A stretch of 46,776 nt of DNA from Thermoleophilaceae bacterium (lineage in GTDB: Bacteria > Actinomycetota > Thermoleophilia > Solirubrobacterales > Thermoleophilaceae), in NCBI GenBank assembly GCA_040509835.1, contig JBEVKE010000133.1:1-46776 (forward strand), written 5' to 3'. The position numbers and the translations under genes were made by a program. The first letter of the stretch is position 1, and every line of letters begins with the position of its first letter. Under the pieces are notes generated by a model that searched no databases, had not been told where the DNA came from, and saw nothing but the letters and a program-made list of their open reading frames with translations. This document shows, piece by piece, positions 1 to 9,600 of this stretch.

Positions 1-695
1 AGCACGACGAGGCGCTCCTCGGGGTCGAAGCGGGCGTCGTGGAGCAGCGCGGCCGCGCCGCGCAGCCACGCGGCCACGAACGCGTTGCGCGCGGAGAGGG
101 ACCAGCCGCTCGCCGCGGTGCACCAGCACAGCTCGCGGGGTCGCGCGCCGTACCAGTGCTCGGCCTGGACGCGCTGGCCGGCGAGGTAGCCGTGGCCGTG
201 ACGGATCGGCTTGGGCTCGCCGGCGGTGCCGGATGTGAACACGATCAGGGCGGGGTGGTCGTCCGGGAAGTGGCGCGCCGCCACGGGCTCGTGCGCTGAC
301 AGGCGCTCGTCCGGCACCGCGAGCACGGGCCCGTCGAAGCCGCTCGCGGATACCAGGTCGAGATCGCGCGCGTCGGCCACCACCGCCGCGGGCTCCACGC
401 TCTCCACGCGTGCGCGAAGGTCGCCCGGCCGGAGCTGCTCCGAGCACGGGGCCGCCACCGCCCCGATCCGCCAGCAGGCGAGCATCGCGTACACCCACTC
501 TGGCCGGTTTCCGACGACGGTCATGACCACGTCGCCGGCGCCGGCCCCGTGGCTCACGAGCGCCCCCGCCATGCGGGCCGAGCGCTCGGCCACCTCGCCG
601 AATGTGAGCTCGCGCCGCTCGCCGTCGCGCCCGATCGCGACCAGCGCGAGCTGCGACGGCTCGGCCGCGTCGACGAGCTGGCCCACGACGCTCAT
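1..695 (-). CDS. AMP-dependent synthetase/ligase (acyl-CoA synthetase family), N-terminal ~231 aa; the 3' end lies beyond the window edge
   Basis: Own minus-strand translation from the ATG at 695..693: MSVVGQLVDAAEPSQLALVAIGRDGERRELTFGEVAERS...LIVFTSGTAGEPKPIRHGHGY... The adenylate-forming TSGTxGxPK signature lies around 205..250. It is absent from the ORF track because the stop is off-window. The ATG overlaps the TGA of the upstream TetR gene (ATGA at 692..695). Confidence 0.8.
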   Translation of the reverse strand, partial: MSVVGQLVDAAEPSQLALVAIGRDGERRELTFGEVAERSARMAGALVSHGAGAGDVVMTVVGNRPEWVYAMLACWRIGAVAAPCSEQLRPGDLRARVESVEPAAVVADARDLDLVSASGFDGPVLAVPDERLSAHEPVAARHFPDDHPALIVFTSGTAGEPKPIRHGHGYLAGQRVQAEHWYGARPRELCWCTAASGWSLSARNAFVAAWLRGAAALLHDARFDPEERLVV

Positions 696-1369
696 TCAGG
701 CGCCGACCAGCGCTCGCCGCGGCTCAGCCGCTCGAGCCCCAGCCAGGCGAAGTCCATCGCGATCTCGACCAGTTCCGCGCGAGGCGTCTTGGGGTGGTCC
801 GTCCACCAGTTCGCCATCGACTGAGCCCCGCCCACGAGCATCTCTGCCAGCAGGCGCAGCGAGCGATCCGCCTGGACGCGCGTGAGCTCCCGCGCGCCCG
901 GGTCCTGCGAGATCAGCACGGTCACCTCGGCGGTGACCTGGCCCACCATCCGGTCGAGCACCGCCGCCGACTCGGGGTCGCTCGGATCGCGGAACAGCAT
1001 CCGCCAGGCGTCGCGGCGCTCCTCGACGAACGCGAAGAAGGCCTCGAGTCCGGTGGCGAGCCGCTCGGCGGTCGACTCGACCTCGACCCCCGACAGCGCG
1101 CCCGCCACCCGCTGCGTCAGGTCGCGCGCGTTCCGGGCGATCAGCTCCCCGTACAGCTCCTGCTTCGAGGAGAAGTGCTCGTAGATGAGCGCCTTCGACA
1201 CGCCCGCCTCGCCGGCGATCTCGTCGATCGAGGCGTCGTGGTAGCCGCGTTCGGAGAAGACGGCGAGCGCCGCGTCCAGGATTCCGGTCCTGCGCTCCTC
1301 TGCTGTGAGACGGCGTTTGGCGGTGGGGGCCACGGGCTGAGAACACTCTGTGAGTAACGTCACACCCAA
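692..1369 (-). CDS. TetR/AcrR family transcriptional regulator
   Basis: 225-aa ORF. The N-terminal HTH region RTGILDAALAVFSERGYHDASIDEIAGEAGVSKALIYEHFSSKQELY is a typical TetR_N. It is translationally coupled to the downstream acyl-CoA synthetase. Confidence 0.9.
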   Translation of the reverse strand: MGVTLLTECSQPVAPTAKRRLTAEERRTGILDAALAVFSERGYHDASIDEIAGEAGVSKALIYEHFSSKQELYGELIARNARDLTQRVAGALSGVEVESTAERLATGLEAFFAFVEERRDAWRMLFRDPSDPESAAVLDRMVGQVTAEVTVLISQDPGARELTRVQADRSLRLLAEMLVGGAQSMANWWTDHPKTPRAELVEIAMDFAWLGLERLSRGERWSAPE

Positions 1370-1372
1370 CTG

Positions 1373-1386
1373 ACTGACCGGTCAGT
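1373..1386. promoter_or_regulatory. Perfect 14-bp palindrome ACTGACCGGTCAGT; candidate TetR operator in the divergent promoter region
   Basis: Read directly from the sequence. It lies 4 bp upstream of the TetR start (1369) and about 70 bp upstream of the divergent membrane-protein gene. TetR dimers typically bind palindromes of this size. Confidence 0.5.
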
Positions 1387-1453
1387 TAGGTTTTCACGCT
1401 TTCTGGGAAGACCAGTCTCTATGCGGGATTCAAGGCAACAAGGAGCTAAGCAC

Positions 1454-3364
1454 ATGCGTGCCGGGATTATCGGTGCCGCAACCGGCGTGATCGGCATGCT
1501 CGCCGCGGCCGGACCTGCGTTTGCGCAGTCCAACGGCACGCAGCCGGCCGGAGGCGCGGCGCTCGGAGAGGCGATCGGCGCCACCGCCGGCGCGCTCGTG
1601 GCCACAGCGCTCGTGATGCTCCTCATCTCGCGCCACCGCACGGGTCGCACCGACATCCTGAACCGCTTTGGCAGCTGGGCCGAGCGCCACACGGGGCTGC
1701 CCGCCTGGGCCTCGGTGCCGTCGATGCTGCTGAGCGTCTCGCTGCTTGTCGCCGTGCTCGGCATGTACTGGGACATCTCGCTCCACATCGATAACGGCCG
1801 CGACCCCGGGCCGCTCGCCAACCCCGCCCACTACCTGATTCTCGTCGGGCTGTACGGCGTGCTGGTGGCGGGCGTGATGTCGATCGTCATGTCCGGCACG
1901 GAGCGCCCCGTCAAGACGGCCATCCATCTGGGCGGAGACTGGTGGGCGCCGGTCGGCGGCCTGATGATGGCGGCCTGCGGCGCCTTCGCGCTGAGCGGCT
2001 TCCCGCTCGACGACATGTGGCACCGGCTGTTCGGCCAGGACGTCACGCTGTGGGGCCCGACACACCTGATGCTGATCGGCGGCGCGTCGCTCGCGACGCT
2101 CGGCGGCATGGTGCTGATGGGCGAGGCCATCACGGCGACCGGGCGCGACCCGGAGCGCGAGGCCACGCCGCTCGTCTACCACGTGCGCCGCGCGCTCTTG
2201 GTGGGGAGCTTCCTCGTCGCCCTATCGACCTTCCAGGCCGAGTTCGACTTCGGCGTTCCCCAGTTCCGCGAGGTCTACCAGCCGATCCTGATCATGCTCT
2301 CGGCGGGCATCGGCCTGGTCACCTGCCGGCTCTTCGCCGGTCGCGGCGGAGCGCTCCTGGCCGTGGCCGGCTACCTCGTCATCCGCGGCTTCCTGTCGAT
2401 CATGGTCGGTGTCGTCTGGGGCGAGGTCACTCCGCACTTCCCGCTCTACATCGTCGAGGCGCTCCTGGTCGAGGCCGTCTTCCTTCGGGCCGGTGGCCGC
2501 AGCCCGGTCGTGAACGGAGCCATCGCGGGCGGGCTGATCGGAACGATCGGCCTCGCCGCCGAATGGGCGTGGTCTCACATCTGGATGCCGATCCCGTGGA
2601 ACGACTCGCTGCTCCCCGAGGCCGCGATCGCCGGCTTCCTCACGGCGGTGGCCGCCGGCGTCGTCGGCGGCTTCATCGGCGGCTCGCTCGTCGGGAGGAG
2701 CGGCGCGCTGATCAGCCGCGAGGACGGCGCCCGGCTCACCTCGGGCGACCGCCGCGCCGCCCTGGCAGGCGGGCTCGTGCTGCTGGCGGTCATCGGCTGG
2801 GCGCTGCCCCTCTCGACCTCCGGTCCGGAGCGCGCCCAGGTGGCGCTGAAGGACATCCAGAGCGGCAGCCGGCGCACGGTGGCCGCGACGATCAAGCTCG
2901 ATCCGCCCGGCTCCGTGAAGGATCCGGAGTTCATGAACATCACCGCGTGGCAGGGCGGCAGGACGCGCGTCCTCGACCCGCTGGAGAAGGTCGGGCCGGA
3001 TGTCTACCGGACCACCAAACCGATCCCGGTCTACGGCAGCTGGAAGTCCACCCTGCGCATGCAGCAGGGCGATGCGCTGATCTCCATGCCGATCTTCCTG
3101 CCGGAGGACCGGGCGATCCCCGCCAAGAAGGTTCCGGCGAAGGCGAGCTTCACGCGCGGCTTCCTCGCGGACAAGAAGGTGCTCCAGCGCGAGCAGAAGG
3201 CGGGCGTGCCGGGCTTCCTCACGCTGTCCGCCTACCTCACGGTTCTCGCGATCGCGCTCTCACTGATCGCCCTGATCGCGTGGTCGCTCCTGCGGGTGGA
3301 TCGCGGCGAGGCACGTTCGCGTGGGGCCGGCAGGACACGGCGCCGCCAGGCCGAACTCGTGTGA
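1454..3364 (+). CDS. Large polytopic membrane protein of unknown function (signal peptide, >10 predicted TM segments, soluble domain near the C-terminus, terminal TM)
   Basis: The ORF track gives 1421..3364. I prefer the ATG at 1454 because AAGGAG (1440..1445) sits 8 nt upstream and the product then starts MRAGIIGAATGVIGMLAAAGPAFAQ (signal-peptide-like). His-containing motifs: DISLHIDNGRDPGPLANPAHY and DDMWHRLFGQDVTLWGPTHL. Confidence 0.75.
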   Translation: MRAGIIGAATGVIGMLAAAGPAFAQSNGTQPAGGAALGEAIGATAGALVATALVMLLISRHRTGRTDILNRFGSWAERHTGLPAWASVPSMLLSVSLLVAVLGMYWDISLHIDNGRDPGPLANPAHYLILVGLYGVLVAGVMSIVMSGTERPVKTAIHLGGDWWAPVGGLMMAACGAFALSGFPLDDMWHRLFGQDVTLWGPTHLMLIGGASLATLGGMVLMGEAITATGRDPEREATPLVYHVRRALLVGSFLVALSTFQAEFDFGVPQFREVYQPILIMLSAGIGLVTCRLFAGRGGALLAVAGYLVIRGFLSIMVGVVWGEVTPHFPLYIVEALLVEAVFLRAGGRSPVVNGAIAGGLIGTIGLAAEWAWSHIWMPIPWNDSLLPEAAIAGFLTAVAAGVVGGFIGGSLVGRSGALISREDGARLTSGDRRAALAGGLVLLAVIGWALPLSTSGPERAQVALKDIQSGSRRTVAATIKLDPPGSVKDPEFMNITAWQGGRTRVLDPLEKVGPDVYRTTKPIPVYGSWKSTLRMQQGDALISMPIFLPEDRAIPAKKVPAKASFTRGFLADKKVLQREQKAGVPGFLTLSAYLTVLAIALSLIALIAWSLLRVDRGEARSRGAGRTRRRQAELV

Positions 3365-3409
3365 TAACGCATTAAAGGAACCGGCGACGTCGCCGAGACA
3401 TCTGATAGC

Positions 3410-3556
3410 TTCACCGCCACGCCGAATCCGCCTCAGTGCGGAACGGGGGAACCAAGGTGGCCATGCCAACGGCCACTGGGGCGAACCTTCCTTCTGGAAG
3501 GCGCGCAAGCTCTTTCAGCGCGAGCCCGTCAGCTAACCCCGTAGGCGTTCGAAAGA
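3410..3556 (+). promoter_or_regulatory. c-di-AMP riboswitch (ydaO-yuaA class), 5' leader of the NlpC/P60 gene
   Basis: Contains the hallmark blocks CGCCGAAUCC, GAACGGGGGAACCA, GGGGCGAACC and the 3' block GCCCGUCAGCUAACCCCGUAGGCGUUCGAAAGAGA. This closely matches my recollection of the B. subtilis ydaO element (...CCCGUCAGCUAACCUCGUAAGCGUUCGAAAGAG). The boundaries are approximate. Confidence 0.85.
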
Positions 3557-3558
3557 GA

Positions 3559-4134
3559 ATGCCTTCTACCTTCTTAAACAGGTTGCTTTTCGCCGCGCTG
3601 GCGTTCGCATGCGCGCTCGTCGCCGTGCCGAGCGCGATGGCGCAGAGCTCGTCGATGAGCGGCGGCGGCGCGACCTTCCAGCCGCCCCCGCCGCCACCCG
3701 CCAAGGCGAAGCTCGTGGACGGGCGCCTGCTCGCACCCGCCTCGGCGCCCATGCGCATCAAGCGCGTGATCGCAGCGGCGAACCAGATCGTTGAGAAGCC
3801 GTACGTGTACGGCGGCGGCCACCGCCCGTACCGGCGCGGCCAGCTCGACCGCGGCTACGACTGCTCCGGCAGCGTGTCGCACGCGCTCCACGGCGGAGGC
3901 TTCCTCCGCTCACCGCTCCCGAGCGGCGCGCTCATGAGCTGGGGCTCGAGCGGCCCGGGCACCTGGCTGACGGTGTACGCGCACGGCGGCCACGCCTACC
4001 TGGTCGTGGCCGGCTTCCGCTTCGACACGTCGATGCACGACTCGGACGCGCCCGGCCCCGCGACCGGCCCGCGCTGGAGCAAGACGCTCCGCCGCTCGTC
4101 CGCCTTCGTGGCGCGGCACCCGAGCGGATACTGA
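3559..4134 (+). CDS. Secreted NlpC/P60 (C40) family cell-wall peptidase
   Basis: Start chosen at the ATG at 3559 (MPSTFLNRLLFAALAFACALVAVPSAMAQ, a signal peptide). The longer track ORF from 3436 would run through the riboswitch. Catalytic-Cys motif YDCSGSVSHAL and a downstream GGHAYLVV His motif are present. Confidence 0.85.
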   Translation: MPSTFLNRLLFAALAFACALVAVPSAMAQSSSMSGGGATFQPPPPPPAKAKLVDGRLLAPASAPMRIKRVIAAANQIVEKPYVYGGGHRPYRRGQLDRGYDCSGSVSHALHGGGFLRSPLPSGALMSWGSSGPGTWLTVYAHGGHAYLVVAGFRFDTSMHDSDAPGPATGPRWSKTLRRSSAFVARHPSGY

Positions 4135-4160
4135 TCCGCCGTCGGTAATCTGCGGCGCCT

Positions 4161-5360
4161 ATGGCCGTCGCAACCGCGTACACAGACAAGACCGACGAGC
4201 AGAAAGCCATTACCGAGATGGTGAGGCAGTTCGTCGACAACGAGGTCCTCCCGATCGCCGAGGAGCACGACCACGAGGACTCGTTCCCGGACGCCGTCGT
4301 CGAGCAGATGAAGGAGCTGGGCCTGTTCGGCGTGACCATCCCCGAGGAGTACGGCGGGATGGGGCTCGACCTGACGACCTACGCGATGATCGTCGAGGAG
4401 CTGTCGCGCGGCTGGATCTCGGTCTCCGGCATCGTGAACACCCACTTCATCGGCTCGTACCTGTTGATGAAGTTCGGGACCGACGAGCAGAAGCAGGAGC
4501 TGCTGCCGAAGATGGCCACCGGCGAAATCCGGGCGGCCTTCTCGCTGTCCGAGCCCGAGGTGGGCTCCGACGTCCAGGGGATCAAGTCGGTCGCGCGGAA
4601 GACGGACGACGGCGACTGGGAGCTGAACGGCCAGAAGATGTGGGTCACGAACGGCCTGCGCTCGGGCGTGGTGTTCGTGCTGATGAAGACGGATCCGAAG
4701 GCGGACCCGCCGCACCGCGGCATGACGTGCTTCATAACGGAGAAGGAGCCGGGCGTGGCCGAGAAGGACGGCCTCACGATCCCGCCCCAGATCAAGAAGA
4801 TGGGCTACAAGGGCGTGGAGTCGACCGAGCTCGTGTATGACGGCTTCCGCTGCCCGCCCGACCGGATCCTGGGCGGCGAGGAGGGCGGGCTCGGGAAGGG
4901 CTTCGCGCAGATGATGGACGCCCTCGAGGTAGGCCGGGTGAACGTCGCGGCGCGCGGCGTGGGCATCGCCCAGCGCGCCCTGGAGCTGGCGCTGCGCTAC
5001 TCGCAGGAGCGGAAGGCGTTCGGCAAGCCGATCGCGAAGCACCAGGCGATCCAGTTCAAGCTCGCCGACATGGCGACCAAGATCGAGGCCGCCAGGCTGC
5101 TCACCCTGAAGGCGGCCCGCATGAAGGACGCGGGCCAGCGCTCCGACCTCGAGGCCGGCATGGCGAAGCTGTTCGCCTCCGAGACCGGCAAGGAGGTGGT
5201 GGAGGAGGCGTTCCGCATCCACGGCGGCTACGGCTACTCGAAGGAGTACGAGATCGAGCGGCTGTACCGCGACGCGCCGCTGCTTCTCATCGGCGAGGGC
5301 ACGTCCGAGATCCAGCGAATGGTGATCGGCAAGAAGCTGCTCGAGCGGAACAAGATCTAG
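4161..5360 (+). CDS. Acyl-CoA dehydrogenase
   Basis: 399 aa with typical ACAD length and motifs (AFSLSEPEVGSDV, WVTNG, RIHGGYGYSKEYEIERLYRDAPLLLIGEGTSEIQ). Confidence 0.92.
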   Translation: MAVATAYTDKTDEQKAITEMVRQFVDNEVLPIAEEHDHEDSFPDAVVEQMKELGLFGVTIPEEYGGMGLDLTTYAMIVEELSRGWISVSGIVNTHFIGSYLLMKFGTDEQKQELLPKMATGEIRAAFSLSEPEVGSDVQGIKSVARKTDDGDWELNGQKMWVTNGLRSGVVFVLMKTDPKADPPHRGMTCFITEKEPGVAEKDGLTIPPQIKKMGYKGVESTELVYDGFRCPPDRILGGEEGGLGKGFAQMMDALEVGRVNVAARGVGIAQRALELALRYSQERKAFGKPIAKHQAIQFKLADMATKIEAARLLTLKAARMKDAGQRSDLEAGMAKLFASETGKEVVEEAFRIHGGYGYSKEYEIERLYRDAPLLLIGEGTSEIQRMVIGKKLLERNKI

Positions 5361-5362
5361 CC

Positions 5363-5713
5363 GTGTCCAGCGGCGACACCCGCTCATTGATCAGGCAGGC
5401 CGTGGAGAACCTCTACGGTGAGATCCCGGCGCTCAAGCAGCTCAAGCTCGTGATCCGGCTCGAGCTGCGCGCCCGCGGCGACGTGCCGATCTGGCGCGTG
5501 GAGGTGCCCGGGCCGGAGATCTCGAAGGACCCGGCGGGCGACGCCCGCATCGACGTGTCGGTCTCGCGCTCCCACTTCAACGAGCTGGCGGCCGAGGGGC
5601 GGCTCCGCGACTGGGTGGACGCCTACGAGCACGGCCACGTGCGGGTGAGCGGCGAACCGGCCGTGACGAAGCTGATCGGCAACGTGATCCAGCGCCAGCT
5701 TGCGCGGACTTAG
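5363..5713 (+). CDS. SCP2 sterol-carrier-like small protein
   Basis: 116 aa with a GTG start 2 nt after the ACAD stop. The pattern (...HFNELAAEGRLRDWVDAYEHGHVRVSGEPAVTKLIGNV) resembles an SCP2/alkyl-sulfatase C-terminal-type lipid-binding domain. SCP2 next to an ACAD is a common arrangement. Confidence 0.55.
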   Translation: MSSGDTRSLIRQAVENLYGEIPALKQLKLVIRLELRARGDVPIWRVEVPGPEISKDPAGDARIDVSVSRSHFNELAAEGRLRDWVDAYEHGHVRVSGEPAVTKLIGNVIQRQLART

Positions 5714-5774
5714 CGGGCCGAGCCCGCGCATGGACAGCACATCCATCGCCCCTCGTGGCTAGCATGGCCGTCCT

Positions 5775-6200
5775 ATGGAGGCCTCCCACGGCACGGAGCC
5801 TCGCGTCATCAGGCTGAGGGACGCGCCCGACGCGATCGAGCTCAAGACAACCGACCTGCTCGGCCGGCTGGAGGCACAGGCCGAGGAGAACGGGCGACTG
5901 GCGGCGAGAGCCGAGTCGTTCGAGCGCGTGGCGCGGGCGGAGCGCGACGCGCGCCGCCGGCTATCGGACACGCTGAAGCGCGAGCGTAAGAGTGCCCGGG
6001 CCCTGCACGAGCGCGCGGAGCAGGCCGAGGCGGCCCTGGCCGCGAGGACCGAGGAGGCGGAGCGCCACGAGCAGGCGCTCGCGGTCTCCGAGCAGCAGCG
6101 GCACCTGACCTGGATGCAGCTGACCGAGGCCTCGCGTCAGGTCGAGCTGCAGACGCGGCCGCCGTGGCGAAAGCTGCTGCGCCGGCCGCCGAGCCGCTAG
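5775..6200 (+). CDS. Hypothetical charged coiled-coil protein
   Basis: 141-aa ORF with the high third-position GC typical of coding sequence here. Very Arg/Glu/Ala-rich and predicted helical. No family recognised. Confidence 0.5.
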   Translation: MEASHGTEPRVIRLRDAPDAIELKTTDLLGRLEAQAEENGRLAARAESFERVARAERDARRRLSDTLKRERKSARALHERAEQAEAALAARTEEAERHEQALAVSEQQRHLTWMQLTEASRQVELQTRPPWRKLLRRPPSR

Positions 6201-6607
6201 TCGAGCACCACCTGCGTACAGGTGAAGAGGGCCGCGTTGCGGCCCTCCTTCCTGATGAGCACCTCCCACACCTGGGTGCGGCGGCCAACGTGGAGCGGGC
6301 GGCCCACGGCCGTGAGCACGTCGCCCTCGCGGGCGGCGGTGAACACGTTGGCCTTCAGCTCGGCGGTTGTGAAGTCCCTGCCGGGCTCGAGGTGGCGGAA
6401 GGTGCCCCAGGCGGCGACGGTGTCGGCAAATCCGACCCAGACGCCGCCGTGCACGTAGCCGCCGGGGTGGAGGTGGCGCCGGTCGACGGTGAGCCGGCCC
6501 TCGACGCTGTCGTCCGCGATCCGGATCACCTCGATGCCGATGTCGCCGGGGAAGCTGCCCTCGATCCCCTCGCGGAAGCGCTCCGGGGTGACCTCCGGGT
6601 TGGTCAA
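6197..6607 (-). CDS. PaaI/hotdog-fold acyl-CoA thioesterase
   Basis: 136 aa. [22 protein letters not shown] plus the C-terminal pattern [11 protein letters not shown] match PaaI-type 4HBT thioesterases. The start overlaps the stop of the 1316-aa gene (6604..6607). Confidence 0.85.
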   Translation of the reverse strand: MTNPEVTPERFREGIEGSFPGDIGIEVIRIADDSVEGRLTVDRRHLHPGGYVHGGVWVGFADTVAAWGTFRHLEPGRDFTTAELKANVFTAAREGDVLTAVGRPLHVGRRTQVWEVLIRKEGRNAALFTCTQVVLD

Positions 6608-9600
6608 CCGGCGCCGGTGCCGAGCCGGAAGTGGTCCCTGACCGCGACCGCGCCGAGCGCCGCCTTGTAGACGGCGACCTCGTCGAGCACGCCCGCGTAG
6701 GCGCCCGGGTCCCCAGATCGGCGCCCGGCCGGGCCTCCGAACAGGAACGACCGCGAGCGCACGTAGGCAATCCCGGCCGAATAGCGCCGCGCCCCGCGGC
6801 GCCGGCCATTCAGGTACAGCACCAGCGATCGGCCGTCATAGGACGCGACCAGGTGGTACGTCTGGCCGCTCCTGAGAGCGGGCCCCGTGACCGACGCGCG
6901 CCGCCCGCGGGCTCCGCCGAGGGCGACCACGGGCCGGTGCCGAGCGTCCAGGTACAGCGTGAACCCGTCGGCAAGCGGCTTGCGGGCGTCGGTCACGAGA
7001 AGCGGCCTGCGCGCTCCGCCGCGTGCGGCGCGTTCGAGCCAAAGCTCCACCGTGACGGCGCGTGGGCTCCCGATGGCGGCCGGCGGAAGCTTCACCCGGT
7101 CGTCACGGCCATCGAAGCGGCGAGCGCCATCCGATTTCGTTTGGATCAGGGCGTCGGCGCGCGCCGGTCCACCGAGGTAGCGGCCGCGGTTGCCCGACCT
7201 GAGGTCGGCCGCGCGACCACCGGCGTCGCCGAGCGGCCAGAGCCCGAGCAGGCCGCGCGTGCCGGCGATCACCTCCGAGTAGCGACGGGCGGCCGGGCCG
7301 GCCTCGATGGTCCAGGAGCGCGTGGCCGGCGTGGGGTCCACGTTCGCCGCGCCGTCGCGCGCGCGTACGCCGAACGAGTGCGTCCCGACCGCCAGGCCGT
7401 CGTACGAGCGCGGCGATGTGCAGGCGCCGTACTCCGCGCCGTCCAGGCTGCACTCGAAGCTCGCGCCCGGCTCGCTCGCGAACGCGAAGGTCGCGGACGT
7501 GCTCGTGGTCGAGCCGGTCGGGCCGGACGTGATCTGCGTGTCCGGCGCGGTCATGTCCGGATCCGTGCCGCCGTAGACCCGCGCATCGAAGAAGGAGATG
7601 CCGAACATCGTGGCGCGGCTGAGCGCCGTGATACGGACGAAGCGGGCCGTCCTGGGGGCGAAGGTGGTTCTCCGGAGGCCCGGCGCGGAGATGTTCTCGG
7701 TGGCAGCCGTCGCGAAGTTGACGCCGTCGGTGGAGGTCTGGATCTCGTAGCTCGACGCGTACGCGGTCTCCCAGTTCAGCTCCACTGCGTCCACGGTCCG
7801 GAGCGCGCCGAGGTCCACCTGCCACCACTGGTTGTCGTCCGACACGCTGCCCCAGCGCGTGATCGAGTCCTCGTCCACCGCCTTGGACGGGTCGAGCGTG
7901 CCGGCGATCTGGGTGCTCGACGCGGAGGCGGGACGCCCCGCGGCCTTGTCCTCGAGGACCGGGTCCGAGTCGGGCGGGCCGAGGGCGCGCGCCGCAAAGA
8001 ACGACACGCCGAAGCTGGTGCCGTGTTGCTGCACCTGCAGCCTCACGTACCGCGCTTTGCGGGTCTGGAAGCCGGTCCGCTGCTTGAGCGCGTCGGTCAC
8101 CGACTCGCTTGCGGCCAGCGACCAGTGAACGTGGTCGACGGAGGTGAGGACGTCGTAGCGGGACGCGTAGGCGGCCTCCCACTCCACCTCGAGCGCGGAG
8201 ACCGACCGCGCCGAGCCGAGGTCGACCTCCCACCACGGATGCGGGTCGAGGCCCTGGGCCTTGCTGGCCCAGCGCGTGGTGGGGTCGTCGTCGGTGGCCT
8301 TGCCGGGGGCGAGGGTCGGGTCGTTGTCCTGGAAGCTCGACGCCGTCGCCGGGTGGCCGTTCGCCTTGTCCTCCAGGTAGCGCACGGAGAGGCCTGACGC
8401 GTGGTCAGGGATCTCGAGCTGGCGCAGGCGGCTGCCGCCGTCGGCCCAGGAGTCGAAGAAGTAGTTGACGCCGTTCTTCGTGAAGCGCGCGGCCGCGGAG
8501 ATCGAGGTGTCGAGGCCGATCGCCGAGAGGGTCGAGAACGGGGCGGTCACGGCCAGGCCGGCGTACGAGAGCGGCGCACCGGGCGGGGTGCTCTGGATCT
8601 GGAACGGCACGCCCTGGGGCCGAAGCTGGATCGTGGTCTGCCGCCATTCGTTGTCAAAGTCGGTCGCGCGGAGGCGCACCTCGTAGAACGAATTGGTGTC
8701 GTGATCTCGCCGTGCCACGAAGCTCGGGTGGGCGGTCCCGTTGAACGTCCCGACGAAGTGCGTGTGCGCGCCGTGGTGGAGGATCACCGTCCACGACAGG
8801 CCGGAGGCCGGCAGCGTGCCGTCCTGCGCGTCGGTCGCCGACCCGCTCAGCGAGATCGTGTCTCCGTCGTGGTAGGTCGACTCGTCCGCGGGGCTGTCGA
8901 TCGAGGGCGTGGGCGGGCTGTCGAACACCTCGACGTCGACGCTCTCGTCGTCGGTGTGGTGGTCGGGGTCCTCCACCGTCACGACCGCGTGGTAGGAGCC
9001 TGCGTTCGTGTAGATGTGGTTCGGGGTGGCGCCGGTGCCGGTCGTGCCGTCGCCGAAGTCCCAGTGGTAGGTGAGCGCCTGTCCTTCCGGATCGCTCGAG
9101 CCGACGGCGCTGAAGGTGACGGTGAGCGGCTTGCCGCCCGCGACCGGGTCGGCCGACGCGAGCGCGTGCGGGGCGCCTGTGCTCGGCTCGTACACGATCT
9201 CCTTGATTGAGCCGGTGCCCGGCTCGCCGGTGCCGAGGTCTGGGTAGGCGATGTTGCCGTCGGGCGCGAGCAGCAGGTCCACGCCCATCCAGTCATCGGA
9301 CAGGTCGGTGGTGCCGGTCACCGCCCCGCCCGAGTCGAGGTTCAGCAGCTTCAGGAAGCTGTCGCTGTAGTCCCCGAAGAACATCTGGCCGTCGTAGGAG
9401 TCCGGGTACGGGCCGCCCGGGTAGATCGGGCCGCCTATGATCGCGTTGGTCGCGCCGTGGAGGTAGAAGTAGTTGGGCGGGACGTGCGCGGCCGCGGTGC
9501 CCTCCTTGGCGTACTCCGGGTCGCACTTCGGGTCGTCCTGATAGGTCGTCGTGTGCACCGGGCCCTCGTAGCAGGGCCACCCGTAGGTGTGGCCGGGCGT

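Noticed and set aside
3383-3394. 12-bp palindrome GGCGACGTCGCC just after the membrane-protein stop; considered as a terminator.
   Set aside because: As RNA it gives only a 4-bp stem with a 4-nt loop and no U-tract, which is too weak to call. It could equally be a random GC-rich palindrome.
3436-3558. N-terminal extension of the NlpC/P60 ORF (track start 3436).
   Set aside because: It overlaps the conserved core of the c-di-AMP riboswitch. The signal peptide begins at the ATG at 3559.
3996-5387. 463-aa minus-strand ORF antisense to the acyl-CoA dehydrogenase. Other very long alternative-frame ORFs behave the same way: 6631..8397 (+), 12763..14061 (+), 34913..36796 (-), 38740..40494 (-), 40787..43600 (+) and 18649..20562 (+).
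   Set aside because: Their products are Arg/Gly/Pro/Ala-rich and low-complexity, as expected from stop-codon depletion in ~70% GC DNA. Each is fully shadowed by an ORF with clear family motifs on the other strand or in another frame.
6197-6200. Convergent gene pairs whose stop codons overlap on a shared CTAG/CTAA tetranucleotide: 6197..6200, 16248..16251, 42170..42173 and 46187..46190.
   Set aside because: The observation is real, but it is a common consequence of tight packing in high-GC genomes. It only implies there are no intrinsic terminators between these pairs and is not a system in itself.
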